From Octopus sinensis (taxonomy: Eukaryota), in contig NC_043015.1 of assembly GCF_006345805.1 (NCBI RefSeq), positions 21,328,001 through 21,392,000 on the forward strand: a stretch of 64,000 nt of DNA, written 5' to 3'. Within the stretch, counting starts at the first letter, position 1, and each line of letters opens with the position of its first letter. The position numbers and the translations under genes are program-made. Below are positions 28,646 to 41,973 of the stretch, one piece after another. The notes under the pieces are model-generated. The model did no database searches and was not told where the DNA came from. It worked only from the letters and a program-made list of their open reading frames with translations.

Positions 28646-28678
<33 letters not shown>

Positions 28679-28959
28679 CGGACGAAGAATTTTCTGGTTT
28701 GGTACCCAAGTGTACATTTTGCCTACAAGAGTGTAATGGAATGAAAGTTGTGTCGAACGAATCTAACTCACGAGACCTCTAATGGGCAAGCCTCCGACAT
28801 TTTGTTCACTGAGTTTAGAGCAAGTATTTATAAAATTGTGACTGATCCGACGCAATAGTCACTACTCAAAGCAGATCATCTGTGAAAATTGTCTAGTGAC
28901 TATATTATTCCAGTCTGTCCATGTGTTTTCTACTTGCCTCTCTGTTGTCCATCTATCTT

Positions 28960-29018
<59 letters not shown>

Positions 29019-29081
29019 CCCTACAAACAAATACAGATATGGATGCGTGTGTGTGTATATATATGCATATATATTTATATT

Positions 29082-29146
<65 letters not shown>

Positions 29147-29147
<1 letters not shown>

Positions 29148-29564
29148 GAAAGAAGGTTTGAAAATGCAATTTAAAAGATGTTTATTTACTTTACGGTTTC
29201 ACTCTTTGGAAAAAGATTGTCAACAGTAACATGTGGAAGTTTGGTTGCGTTAATTATTGGTTGTTGCAAATTGCTACATTACATATATATATATACAGTC
29301 TTTAGTAGCAGGGACATGTTAAAGACATAAAAAAGTTCAAGTTCCTTAAAATATTGGGCAAAAAAGATTACATAAATAATCGTTCTCAAGGACATACTTA
29401 AGATAGTTTCCAGAAGGTTTTGATATTGGTACTGTATCTGTATATTCAAACATGCACAGAATATTGGTTGACACAGAGTACTATAATCGATATAAATATT
29501 CCAAAGAGTGAAACCGGTAAAGTAAATAAACATCTTTTAAATTGCATTTTCAAACCTTCTTTCG
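29147..29564. mobile_element. Tc1/mariner-type MITE (418 bp, ~65-bp TIRs, TA flanks)
   Basis: cgaaagaaggtttgaaaatgcaatttaaaagatgtttatttactttacggtttcactctttggaa (29147-29211) is the inverse of 29499-29564; TA on both sides. Confidence 0.9.
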
Positions 29565-29606
29565 TATATAATTCCACTCGTGCGGTACCCCACAACTCCA
29601 CTTTGT

Positions 29607-29657
<51 letters not shown>

Positions 29658-29666
29658 ATATATATA

Positions 29667-29699
<33 letters not shown>

Positions 29700-31810
29700 C
29701 ATACATATATATATATACATATTGATATGTATATATATATGCATATATATTTATTTGCGTTTATTTTTCTCATTACAATATACACGTATAAATATATATA
29801 CATATATATATAGAACTAAAAATACTTCTGCGTGTGTATGCACTTGTAAATGCATGAATATGTAAGAGAAAGTTTGTGTTTGTATAAATATAGTAAGCTG
29901 TATGGGAAATCAATAGAAATATTCCCAGACAATATCCCATGTACAAAATGTTCCGTAAATTTCGAATCTCTTGATTGCATCCAAACTAAACATTTCTGCA
30001 AATGTGGCGAGATTCCCCGAATTGTTTATTACAAATACTGTTATTAATTTATTGTATGTTACATAGACACTTCAACATATATCTAAAACATAGAAATATT
30101 CACTCGATCTTGCACACGCATGCACACACACACACATATACATGTATGTAAGTCTACGTATAAATCCTTATGTTCCTGAAGGTATTGTTGTATGCTTACA
30201 AGTTACAAGCTTATCAATATATGAGATTTAAAATATATTGTATATTGTATTTTACATACATATAAATGTATATACATGCACACATACATACAATACATAC
30301 GTACATATGCATCTATATATATATATATATATATATACGTATGTGTGTGTGTGTGTGTGTGTCTACATATGTATATGAATGTATACGTATGTATGAATGT
30401 ATATGTATGTGTGTGTGGTTATGTGTATGATATATTCAAATAAGCTTATGTATGAGAATAAATGAGTGTAATAAATATTTACAAAATATTCACAGACACA
30501 CACAAAGACGCACGCAAACACACACACAGAAACACAGGCACACAGACACACAAACATACTTATATATGCATATGGATGTATGTTTGAACACACATTTACA
30601 AAGAAATATACATATATAGATATGTGTATGTGGGTATATATGTGTATGTGTATATATATATATATACATACATATGTTTGTTTGACTGTTTATATCTATA
30701 CATATGCATATATATGTAAATACACGAACTTATAGCAATAATAACGATAAAGTCGTAGAAAACAAATTGAATATGAAAAGAAGGAAAATAATAAGAAATC
30801 AACGTAGACAAGAAAGAATTGTTTCAATAAGAAAATAACAACAAAAAAATACACAATTACAATAATTAATAAAATAATAAAATGCTAAATAAAAGAAACA
30901 GAAAATATTTAAACAATGCAAAAAGAAAATGGCCGCCCTCGAAGCCGAAATGATTCAAGTCAGTAAATAAATGTCTATAGACCTATATTACGCTGTGTAT
31001 CTGGTGCGATAGAAGATAAGATACGCTGTCGTAGATCTGTTGAATAAACCCAATAGTCAATTTTTTTTTTCAGACCTTGTTAGATTTTAAATAAAAAAAG
31101 AGGTAAAATGTCTGAAACTACGAAGAAGAAAGTAGGTGAAAACGATGGAAACTGCCGAATTATTTCTAGAAGAGAAATATGAGTGTAAAACGATAAACAC
31201 TGGCAACGAGAGAGTGTTAAGAGAGTGTGACACAAAGGGAATATGTATGTTAAATTGTGGGTATTTCTCTCTCTTTCTTTCTCTCTATCTATCTTATATA
31301 TCTATCGATTAGCAAATCTTTATATTTCTGAACTTATCAAATTCTTTTGTCGAGATGTCATGGCCTTTAGCCCTGAGCTCTGTAGCCACTGATGGGTGTG
31401 CTTCTGGTCTACATTATTTTTTTTTTGCTACAAGCGAAATATTTGTCATATAGAGGCTTTTTTCCTACCTATCATCCAATTGTTGAAACGCATTTTGCTT
31501 TTCTATTGATTTCACCTTGTTTGCAACTGCAGTTGCCGCACATCTATAATGTTGTTCAACACTTCAAAGTTTTTTGTTCTCCTTCTTACGTCATTCATGG
31601 CTTCCAACGAGTTTTAGCATATAGTCGTTAGATGTTTCAAGACATTTTGCCAGTTCAACTGTGATGGATTTATAAGAGATTTCAAATTGGATCAAGCCTC
31701 GACCTCCTTAAGCTCTGGCTAGAAGATCTGCGCCAGCCTTTCTGTGGTGCATCTTATTACAATTCAGGAGCTTACGGATTTTCTTGTCAATCTTCCTTAC
31801 ATTGAAACTG

Positions 31811-31975
31811 TAGGCGAGCTGGCATTAACGCTAGTACGCCGGCAAAAATGCTTGGCGGCATTTCGTCTTTATATACTGAGTCTAAACTTTACCGAGGTCG
31901 ACTTTGAGATTCATCCTTTTCGGCGTCTGTAAAATAAGTACTAGTTCAATAAAGAGGTCGCTGTTGGTCGATGGC
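31811..31975 (+). mobile_element. Diverged SINE family B
   Basis: aggcgagctggcattaacgctagtacgccggcaaaaatgcttggcggcatttcgtc...gaggtcgactttg. Confidence 0.75.
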
Positions 31976-32678
31976 TGGGATTGTGTCATTATTTTAATCC
32001 ATTATTATCATTTTTATTGTTGTTGTTGTTGTTGTTGTGGTACAATGCCGGTAGTTTTTCGCGGAGGCGGAGTGTTAATCTCTATCATCGAATGCAACAC
32101 TGGCTGGAAACCATTAGCTGATAATCAGTGGTAATTCGGTGGGGTGTAGCTGGACTATGGAAGTGTAGCATGTGGTGGTAAAAAGAATGAATTTGCTTTG
32201 ATGTCGGAAATTTCTTAATGATTAGATTTCAATATGGGGTAGAAATAAATATACAGGCAGAGGTCTCAAATTCAGATCACAGCATTCTTTGTATATAAAA
32301 GCTGTTTTTGTTATATTTTAGGGTTCAGAGAAGAAGGTTTGTAGCTAATATAGTAGGTGACACAATATAGGTGAATTTGGTGATGATGTAAGTAGCTTTC
32401 CATTAATGGATTTTAAATAGAATATTTGTTGGAAGATCACTGTTCCGAAACATATCTTATTATAAATACACTCCCACACGTCTGTGTGTGTGTGTGTGTC
32501 TATGTGTATGTGTAAAAATGCATAAATATATATATGTGAGTGTATGCATATTCACTTGACTACTGTTGCATTTACCTGTATTCTTGAATTTGCTTTCATG
32601 TACGAACAATCGTGCGTGTGTCTGTGTATGTGTATGTGTGTGTGGTTCAGAGAGAGAGAGGGTGAGAGAGAGGGTGAG

Positions 32679-32709
<31 letters not shown>

Positions 32710-33149
32710 CAGAGACAGAGAAAGTGTGCGTATGCGTAAAAGCGTGACGAATAAGAACGACACAAAACAAGCACCAAATCTGAAAGCTACACGCATGCCC
32801 ACAACCTAACAGAACAAAGAACCAGATGCACACCCAAACACCCAAACACTCACACATGAAAGCTATACAACAAGTTAAATCCCGCTAAGCTTGTTAAGCT
32901 GTTCACGTCGAGTCTGACATTTTGAAAGGTGCCTTGTCTAATACTGTTATTATTATTTCTATTTCTTTTACTACTACTACTCCTACTCCTCCTCCTCCTC
33001 CTCCTCCTCCTCCTCCTACTACTACTACTACTACTACAACTACTACTACTACCACCAACACCACTACCACCAACACCAACACCCCGACCCCACCCCACCA
33101 ATACTAACACCGACAACCCCACCCCGACCCCACCTCCACCACCACCACC

Positions 33150-33183
<34 letters not shown>

Positions 33184-34253
33184 TCATCATTGATTTCGAC
33201 TTATTACTTGCCTTTATTATTGGTGCTATATTTGATATATTCTCTGAGTTGCAGCCATTTACTACTGGTGTTCTCTTTTGGTGTTGTATATATGGGTAAA
33301 AAAGCTACACGCATGTCCATATATTTCATATATATATCTATATAGACATATATCAATAATACAGTGATTGTTTCTTGTCAGGAACAAAAACTTTCTTTGG
33401 GTTTGTTCAATAACTTTAGTTTGATATATATACATATATGTATATGTATCTATGAAATATCGGATTCCCGTTTGCGCCGTGAACAGGAATTAATCTTCCC
33501 TCTTCGCTCTTATACGCCATTTGGTCTCAACTCCCCCCCTCTTCATCTAACACCCCTCCCCCCTCCTCACCTATCCTTCCCCCCCGACCCCTACTTCTTC
33601 AGTCCTTCATCCTTTCACCCCTACTCCCCTTCCCTTCATCCCTCTTTCTCCCTCCCTCCTTCCCTCTTCCCTCACTCCCCTTCTCTCTCCCCCTCCCCTC
33701 CTTCCTCCCCCTCATCCCCTTCCTTCTCCCCCTCCTCTCTCTCCCCTCCTCTCCTCTTCCCACTTCTCCTCCCCCTCCCCGTCTCCCCCTCTTCTCCCCC
33801 TCCCCCTCTTCTCCTCACTACACCACACGACTTTACACATCACATCATATATGATGTGCCATACTAATACATACACCAACTAATACATACTAATACGTAC
33901 TAATACATACTAATACATACTAATACATACACCAACCCTATACATACACACGTCCAGACCCCTCATACGCACTTATACTCTCTCATACACACACACACAC
34001 ACTTACCATGCTAATACGTACTAATACATACTATACATACTAATACATACACACCCCCATACATACGCCTGTCCAGACCTATCCTAGGGTCATTCAACCC
34101 TATTATCAACCCTATTATCTCCCCTTATTTCGCTCTCGCGTCTCATGTTTGATCTTTGACCTCTGGCCGAAATCAGATCGCCATGTTCATTCGTTAGTTA
34201 CTGCACGCATTTTTTTTTTCTCTCCTTCTTTTGTTTTTTTTTCTCTCTGTGTA

Positions 34254-34291
34254 TCTTTCTGTTGAAGAGCGTAGGCTCGAAACGTTAAAGA
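34254..34291 (+). ncRNA. Minimal type I hammerhead-like motif in the 5' pseudo-LTR
   Basis: tcttt-CTGTTGA-a-GAG(cgtagg)CTC-GAAA-CGTT-aaaga: 5-bp stem I, 3-bp stem II, palindromic stem III; core position 6 is U instead of A. Confidence 0.6.
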
Positions 34292-35015
34292 CTTGTTTTA
34301 TTTATATTTCCTGAGCGCCATACTAATACAATTGTTTGTTTGTTTTCCACCTGCCTTCGTCTTTTTCTTTTTCATAAAGCTTCCCGTTATATATTATGCG
34401 CTCACGTGGTCTCTCACTTCATCATCCTATATTCTACCAATACCACTATCACACTTACCTCTACCTTGATTTTCTTTACCTCTTGGATACTACCATTGGT
34501 GCACCTCTCTTTCGCGGATCAAAGTGAGTTTGCATTGATGTGAAATCCTTAAAAAATATCCACGACGTCTACACATTTCTCACCTTGAACTTTCAACCTT
34601 GAACTTGTTCGCATAAACTGTCCCGTTTGTTGTATTTTTATTTTCTCATATATTACCACTTTTTTTACATTCATTTCATGCTTTCCATATTTTCGTGCAT
34701 TTTTGTTCTCCTTTCCGTCTTTCTTCCCTCTCTGGATGTCCATACTCTGTTTCCTCTGCCTGCACCCCCCTTTTTGTTGCCTCCCCCTCTCTCTGCTTCC
34801 CTTCTTTCTTTCCCTTTTCCGTTTGCCCCGTCTTTTCTGCCCCTATCGCTTACTTATCTAGTTTTTTCATACGATTATTATTTTTTGTTTTTTTTTTGAA
34901 CGTTTGTTTTTCCCCTTTTTTCGCTATCCTTTTTTTCTATTTTTTCATACGATAATTTTTTGTTTTTTGTTTTTTTTTGTTTTCGAACGTTTTTTTTTTT
35001 TTCCGCTATCCCATC

Positions 35016-37939
35016 ATGCCGGATCCTAGGTCCTACCTCCTCACCCTCCATCACCGTTTGAAGGATCATCTCCGTTCTTTTACTGTATATTGCCTTCAGC
35101 CGTCCGTTAATCTCTCTCTACTTCTTTTTAAAAAAACCCGCTTCTCTAGCCATGTCTCTTTCCTAAGCCGCTGCCTACATCACCGACTCATCCCTAAAGG
35201 TTTCCGCCTCCATTTCCACCCTGCTCTCCACTCGGATTCTTCCATCTAACCCATACTCCGCACCACATCTTACCGCCTTATGCGGGCCACCATTCGCTCC
35301 AATCTCTCTAAACTACATGCCATCAACCGCCTTCTTCCTCCTGCTTTCTCCACCTTCTTCTCCTCTCTGCCGCCTCTCTATGCTCCAAACACGCTACGCT
35401 TCATTATCCATTTGAATCAACTCTTCCATCAATTTCTTTCTGATACCAAACTTCGTAAACTCCAATCACTCTTCCATTCCACCCTACCCGACGCCACTAC
35501 CCCAACTCCTCCACCACCCTTCTCCCCACCCGATAGGTTCCATCCACCCACACCTCCACCCCACTAACCCATGCCCGCACTACAACCCCTTCTCCCCTCC
35601 CGATAGGCTCCATCCACCTAACCTAACCCTACTGGCCCCCCCCCAACCACCCCCCACACCACCTCCCAATCCCTCCCCCTCAGACCTCCACGAGACCTAC
35701 CACCCCTCCTACTTCTATTCCACCCACCCCTTTTCCACTTCCGTCTGTTGTTACCATTCCCCCTGATCTTCCCCTCTCTGCGGCTGAACGCTCCGTCCTT
35801 GGTAGGGGTCTGCGTTTCATCCCCCTCACTCCATCCTGTAAGGAATTCCAGACGCGAGTTGATGTCCACAGCTTTGTGCGCCGTGTCCGGTTGGGTGCGC
35901 ATTACCACGACTCGCCACCCACACCCAACGAAGAGGACTGCTTCACTGGCCTGGGCTGCCGACCATCCCCGTGGACGCCTGCCCCTGGCCAGATCCTAGC
36001 AGTGGATCTTTTCGCGGGCGCTTGTCAGCGTGCATTGGAGCGGTTCAACTTCTCCAGGCGCCAACGCCGCCTCAACATCTCCCCGGCTGAGCTCTTGGCT
36101 CTTCGTTCCCTCCAACGGCGCGCTGACATTATCATCAAACCGGCTGACAAGGGTGGAGCTGTAGTGGTGTGGCGCGCGGACCTCTATAGAGCCGAGGCTT
36201 TCCGCCAACTCAATGACACCTCCTTCTATTCCCCTCTGCCCTCTAACCCCACACGTAGCTACCAACAGACGGTATCCTCTACTGTCCAAGACCTCATCTC
36301 GTCCTCCCGTCTCCCCCGCACCGCATCCAACCTAATTGTGCGAACCCCACGTACCCCCACCATTTACTTCCTCCCCAAAATCCACAAACCCAACAACCCT
36401 GGCCGCCCCATGGTCTCCGCCTGTAACTGCCCCACGGAGCTCATCTCTAAATACCTCGACCGTGTCCTTGCCCCCCTAGTGGCATCTTTTCCCTCCCACA
36501 TCCACGACACTAACCATGCTCTCCGGCTTTTCAACTCTTTCTCCTTTCCTCCCGGCTCCTCCAAAATCCTTTTACTATGGACATCCAAAGCCTCTATACT
36601 GTTATCCCTCACCACGAAGGACTGCAGGCCCTTCGACACTTTCTTGACCTCCGCTCTAACCCTGTACCTGACACCTCCACACTCATTCGTCTGGCCGAAC
36701 TTGTCCTTACTCTGAACTGCTTCTTCTCGTTCGCAGGCGAGTTCTACCATCAGGTCTCGGGAGTGGCCATGGGAACGCGAATGGGCCCCAACTATGCGAA
36801 CCTGTTCGTTGGCTATGTTGAGGCCCAAATATTCTCTATTTTCACTGGTCCCACTCCTAAAATATATGGTCGTTACATTGACGACATTATCGGTGCCACC
36901 TCACTCTCCCTGAACATCTAGATTCCTTCCTCTCTTTCGTCCAATCTTTCCATCCAGCCCTCCACTTCACTTCCACTATCTCCAACACCTCTGTCTCCTT
37001 CCTCGACATTTCGGTTAGCATTCTTCACTCACTCCACTCTTACAACCTCCATTCACTACAAACACACAGACTCACCTCATACCTCAACTCTCTCTTCCTC
37101 CTCCCACCCAGAACACACCAAGCTTTCCATCCCCTATTCCCAATTCCTCCGTCTACGTAGGCTCTGTAGTGACGATCATGACTTTGAGACTCAGTCTCAA
37201 CGTATGGCTCACCACTTCACCCTACGTGGATACCCCCTCACCACTATCCACACCCGCCCTTGCCAGAGCACGGTCCGTGGACCGTGTATCTGCTCTCTCT
37301 CCCCGAACCCGCCCTGTAGTCTCCCGCCTCCCTTTTCCCCTCACTTACCACCCCACGACCCTACGTCTCCAACGCACCATTCTTCGAGCGTTCCGTCATC
37401 TCCAGTCCGACCCGTCCACTTCACACCTCTTCCCTAACCGACCCCTCCCCTCTTTCAAACGAGCCCACAACCTTCGAGACCTTTTGGTCCATAGCTCCTT
37501 CCCTGACCCTACCTCCCAACCCTGCTCGTTCCCCTGCTCCCGCCCACGTTGCCGCACTTGCCCTTACCTCTCCAACACCACCCGCCTCACTAGCACCCAC
37601 AATCGACCCTATCCCATCATCCACTCCTTCACCTGCACCTCCAGCAATATTATCTATTGCATCTCTTGCTCTCTCTGCAATTCCTTGTACATCGGACAAA
37701 CGGGACGCCGCTTAGCTGACCGGTTCGCGGAACACCTTCGTGACATCCACCTTGCGAACGACACACCGGTCTCACGCCATTTCCACTCCACCGGTCACTC
37801 CTTGCAACACCTATCTGTGTTCGGTTTTTCCTTACACAGAGGCCATCCGGATTCCCGTTTGCGCCGTGAACAGGAATTAATCTTCTCTCTTCGCTCTTAT
37901 ACGCCATTTGGTCTCAACTCTCCCCCCCTCCTCATCTAA
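35016..37939 (+). pseudogene. PLE polyprotein (RT + Cys-rich linker + GIY-YIG endonuclease), frameshifted as assembled
   Basis: FLSRCLHHRLIPKGF N-terminus; KPADKGGAVVVW; YFLPKIHKPNNPGRPMVS; MDIQSLYT; GVAMGTRMGPNYANLF; RYIDD; CSRPRCRTC linker; NIIYCISCSLCNSLYIGQTGRRLADRFAEH; RLRREQELIFSLRSYTPFGLN. Confidence 0.95.
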
Positions 37940-38638
37940 CCCCCCTCCCCCCTCCTCACCTATCCTTCCCCCGACCCCTACTTCTTCAGTCCTTCATCCT
38001 TTCACCCCTACTCCCCTTCCCTTCTTCCCTCTTTCTCCATCCCTCCTTCCCTCTTCCCTCACTCCCCTTCTCTCTCCCCCTCCCCTCTTTTCCTCCTTAC
38101 TCCCCCTCCTCCTCCCCTTTCCCCCCCTCTCCTTTCCCCTCCTCTCCTCACCCCTCCATCTCCCCGTCTTCTCCCCCCTCCCCCCTTTCTCCTCACTACA
38201 CCACACGACTTTACACATCACATCATATATGATGTGCCATACTAATACATACACCAACTAATACATACTAATACGTACTAATACATACTAATACATACTA
38301 ATACATACACCAACCCTATACATACACACGTCCAGACCCCTCATACGCACTTATACTCTCTCATACACACACACACACACACACACTTATACATACTAAT
38401 ACGTACTAATACATACTAATACATACTAATACATACACCAACCCCCATACATACGCCTGTCCAGACCTATCCTAGGGTCATTCAACCCTATTATCAACCC
38501 TATTATCTCCCCTTATTTCGCTCTCGCGTCTCATGTTTGATCTTTGACCTCTGGCCGAAATCAGATCGCCATGTTCATTCGTTAGTTACTGCACGCATTT
38601 TTTTCTCTCCTTCTTTCTGTTTTTTTTCTCTCTGTGTA

Positions 38639-38676
38639 TCTTTCTGTTGAAGAGCGTAGGCTCGAAACGTTAAAGA
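38639..38676 (+). ncRNA. Minimal type I hammerhead-like motif in the 3' pseudo-LTR
   Basis: Identical to 34254-34291. Confidence 0.6.
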
Positions 38677-38879
38677 CTTGTTTTATTTATATTTCCTGAG
38701 CGCCATACTAATACAATTGTTTGATTGTTTTCCACCTGCCTTCGTCTTTTGTCTATTTTCATAAAGCTTCCCGTTATATATATATATATATATATATACA
38801 TACACACACACACATATATAATATATATATATATATATTTAAAAAAGGAGATGTGGAACACGAGTTGTAATATATATAA

Positions 38880-39306
38880 AAGGAAATGAAGAAAATGCTG
38901 ACAAAATAATTTAAGTAATTTAAGTAATTTAATTAGGTGAAGTTCTTTTTTACCAGTTGCGCATTTGTTATGCTTATCAAAAGATTAGAGTTCCATTCTG
39001 ATAGATTTTTTCCTCTTATCTGACTTTATGTTGGGTTTGCTGTCTCTTATATGTGAAAAAAGAGATTCAGAGTTGTTTAAGATTTGCTTGGTTTCGCGCG
39101 AAACCAAGCAAATCTTAAACAACTCTGGAGCCTCTTTTTCACATATAAGAGACAGCAAACCCAACATAAAGTCAGATAAGAGGAAAAAATCTATCAGAAA
39201 GGAACTCTAATCTTTTGATAAGCATAACAAATGCGCAACCGGTAAAAAGAACTTTCACCTAATTAAATTACTTAAATTATTTTGTCAGCATTTTCTTCAT
39301 TTCCTT
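38880..39306. repeat. Spacer-less ~427-bp palindrome (foldback) between (TA)n tracts
   Basis: Centre gcttggtttcgc|gcgaaaccaagc (39097/39098). Arms run aaggaaatgaagaaaatgctgac... to ...gtcagcattttcttcatttcctt, with a few substitutions and a 9-bp duplication in the left arm. Confidence 0.95.
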
Positions 39307-39310
39307 ATAT

Positions 39311-39355
<45 letters not shown>

Positions 39356-39359
<4 letters not shown>

Positions 39360-39586
39360 CTTTACTGCCCACAAGGGGATAAACATAGAGGGGACAAACA
39401 AGGACAGACATAGGGATTAAGTCGATTACATCGACCCCAGAGCGAAACTGGTACTTTTATTTATCGACCCCGAAAGGATGAAGGCAAAGTCAACCTCGGC
39501 GGAATTTGAACTCAGAGCAGAACGACAGACGAAATACCGCTAAGCATTTTATCCGGCGCGCTAACGTTTCTGCCAGCTCGCCGCCT
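39356..39586 (-). mobile_element. Full-length SINE family B
   Basis: Reverse complement ggcggcgagctggcagaaacgttagc...ctgagttcaaattccgccgagg...gccccttgtgggcagtaaagaaat-type sequence. Confidence 0.9.
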
Positions 39587-39607
39587 ACACACACACACAC
39601 ACACACA

Positions 39608-39673
<66 letters not shown>

Positions 39674-39694
39674 ATAATATATATATATATATAT

Positions 39695-39726
<32 letters not shown>

Positions 39727-39741
39727 GATATAATATATATA

Positions 39742-39780
<39 letters not shown>

Positions 39781-39915
39781 TATAATAATATATATTATTA
39801 TATATATATATATATATATAATATATATATATATTATATATATATATATATATATTATATTATATATATAATATATATATATATATATATTATATGTATA
39901 TATATAATATATGTA

Positions 39916-39956
<41 letters not shown>

Positions 39957-39993
39957 GTGTGTGTGTGGTGTGTGTGTGTGTGTGTGTGTGTGT

Positions 39994-40225
39994 AGGCGGC
40001 GAGCTGGCAGAAACGTTAGCGCGCCGGATAAAATGCTTAGCGGTATTTCGTCTGTCGTTCTGCTCTGAGTTCAAATTCCGCCGAGGTTGACTTTGCCTTT
40101 CATCCTTTCGGGGTCGATAAATAAAAGTACCAGTTTCGCTCTGGGGTCGATGTAATCGACTTAATCCCTATGTCTGTCCTTGTTTGTCCCCTCTATGTTT
40201 AGCCCCTTGTGGGCAGTAAAGAAAT
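39994..40225 (+). mobile_element. Full-length SINE family B, inverted near-identical twin of 39356-39586
   Basis: Only 2 differences seen by eye (one 1-nt indel, one substitution). Confidence 0.9.
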
Positions 40226-40576
40226 ATATATATATATACAAACGTATATATATATATGTTTATGTATATGTATCATTATATATGCATAGACACACATGCA
40301 TACATAAATACATTGTTTTACTAATAAGTACTCGAAGCACGGATCTATCACTCTCTGGGTGACAATCTTCCTGTTTACCCAACAGAACAGCTCTTAGTTA
40401 CCGGCCACTCAGTTAAGTTTATTGAGTGTGTTGTTTCTGATAACTTATTTGAATTTTTGAAATCTAGTGTTCTTGTTACAGATACGCCAGCTAATTAAAT
40501 GACCAAATGCACACACATACACGCACACACACACACTACATAAAATATTTTTATGCTTGGGGTAGGATCTTAGCTC

Positions 40577-40616
<40 letters not shown>

Positions 40617-40644
40617 GCACACTCACACACACACACACACACAC

Positions 40645-40693
<49 letters not shown>

Positions 40694-40710
40694 ACATATA
40701 TTTATATAAT

Positions 40711-41060
40711 GGCACCCCGTCGGTTACGACGACCAGGGTTCCAGTTGATCCGATCAACAGAACAGCCTGTTCTTGAAATTAACGTGCAATTGGCTGAGAA
40801 CTCCTACGTCACGTGTACTCTTAACGTAGTACTCGGAGAGATTCAGCGTGACAGATAGTGTGACAAGGTTGGCCCCTTGAAATACAGTACAGCAGAAACA
40901 GGAAGAAAGAGTGACAGGAATTGTGCTGAAAGAGTACAGCAGGGTTCGCCACCACACCCGCCAGAGCCTCATGCAGCTTTAAGTGTTTTTGCTCAATAAA
41001 ATAAACACTCACAACGCCCGGCCTGGGAATTGAACCTGCGATGGGTGATTGCGCCTCCAC
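40711..41060 (-). mobile_element. tRNA-derived SINE family C
   Basis: Reverse-complement head gtggaggcgcaat...caggttcaattcccaggccgggcgttgtgagtg; body ccgatcaac...gtgaaattaacgtgc shared with 16115-16385. Confidence 0.85.
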
Positions 41061-41737
41061 AAACACACACACACATACACACACACACATACACTCACAC
41101 AAACACAGTCACACACACACATACACACACATATATACATGCAGAAAATCATTCGAGACTGTCTCTTGTGATAAATCTGATGCCGCTAAAATCCTGATGT
41201 ATTTTAACAAGAAATCAAATAAAAGCTTCCACTTTAATTTACACTGTTTCTTAAATATAATTGCGTATAAGAAATTTAAAAGAAACTGCATATAAAAAAG
41301 GGCTACGAAAATAGATCATAGATAAACGCTGGCCGATTCGAGGCAAACAAGAACTCTCAATGTTTAAATGTTTAAATGTTTAAACTCTTTAAATGTTTAA
41401 CAGTTGTGAATACAATCAATATTATGAAGAAAGTCACCCAAACCTTACTAAAAGGACGTGGGGGCATATATACATCCAATGCACATTACAAAATCTAAAA
41501 TGTAATATAAATAAACGTAGATATCTCGTCATCAGCTGCTCTCAGATCAAAGTTGCCATCACCAACACCAGCTGCTCCATCACTACTTGATGCAAATTCT
41601 TTCTCCATTCTCCCACGCACACCGAGCGCATCATAATCGCTTTCTGTGTACATTCTGCATCGATGAACCTAACTTAGGTTGAAAGCGCGGTCATTCATTT
41701 CATGTTATATGGATAACGCCAAATATAATCGAAACCT

Positions 41738-41973
41738 ATTTCTTTATTACCCACAAGGGGCTAAACACAGAGGGGACAAACAAGGATAGACATAGGTATT
41801 AAGTCGATTATATCGACCCCAGTGCGTAACTGGTACTTAATTTATCGACCTCGAAAGGATGAAAGGCAAAGTCGACCTCGACGGAATTTGAACTCACAAC
41901 GTAACGGCAGATGAAATACCGCTAGGCATTTGGACCGGCGTGTTAACGTTTCGGCCAGGTCATCGAAACCGCC
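41738..41973 (-). mobile_element. SINE family B
   Basis: cccacaaggggctaaacacagaggggacaaacaagg...ggaatttgaactc...aaataccgct. Confidence 0.9.

Larger units (their letters stand above)
33461..38775 (+). mobile_element. Penelope-like element, Neptune type, with ~930-bp direct pseudo-LTRs
   Basis: Direct repeats at 33461-~34390 and 37848-~38775. The 5' copy begins within the ORF's last codons (DSRLRREQELIF), which is typical PLE partial-tandem structure. RT and GIY-YIG coding lies between them. Confidence 0.95.
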
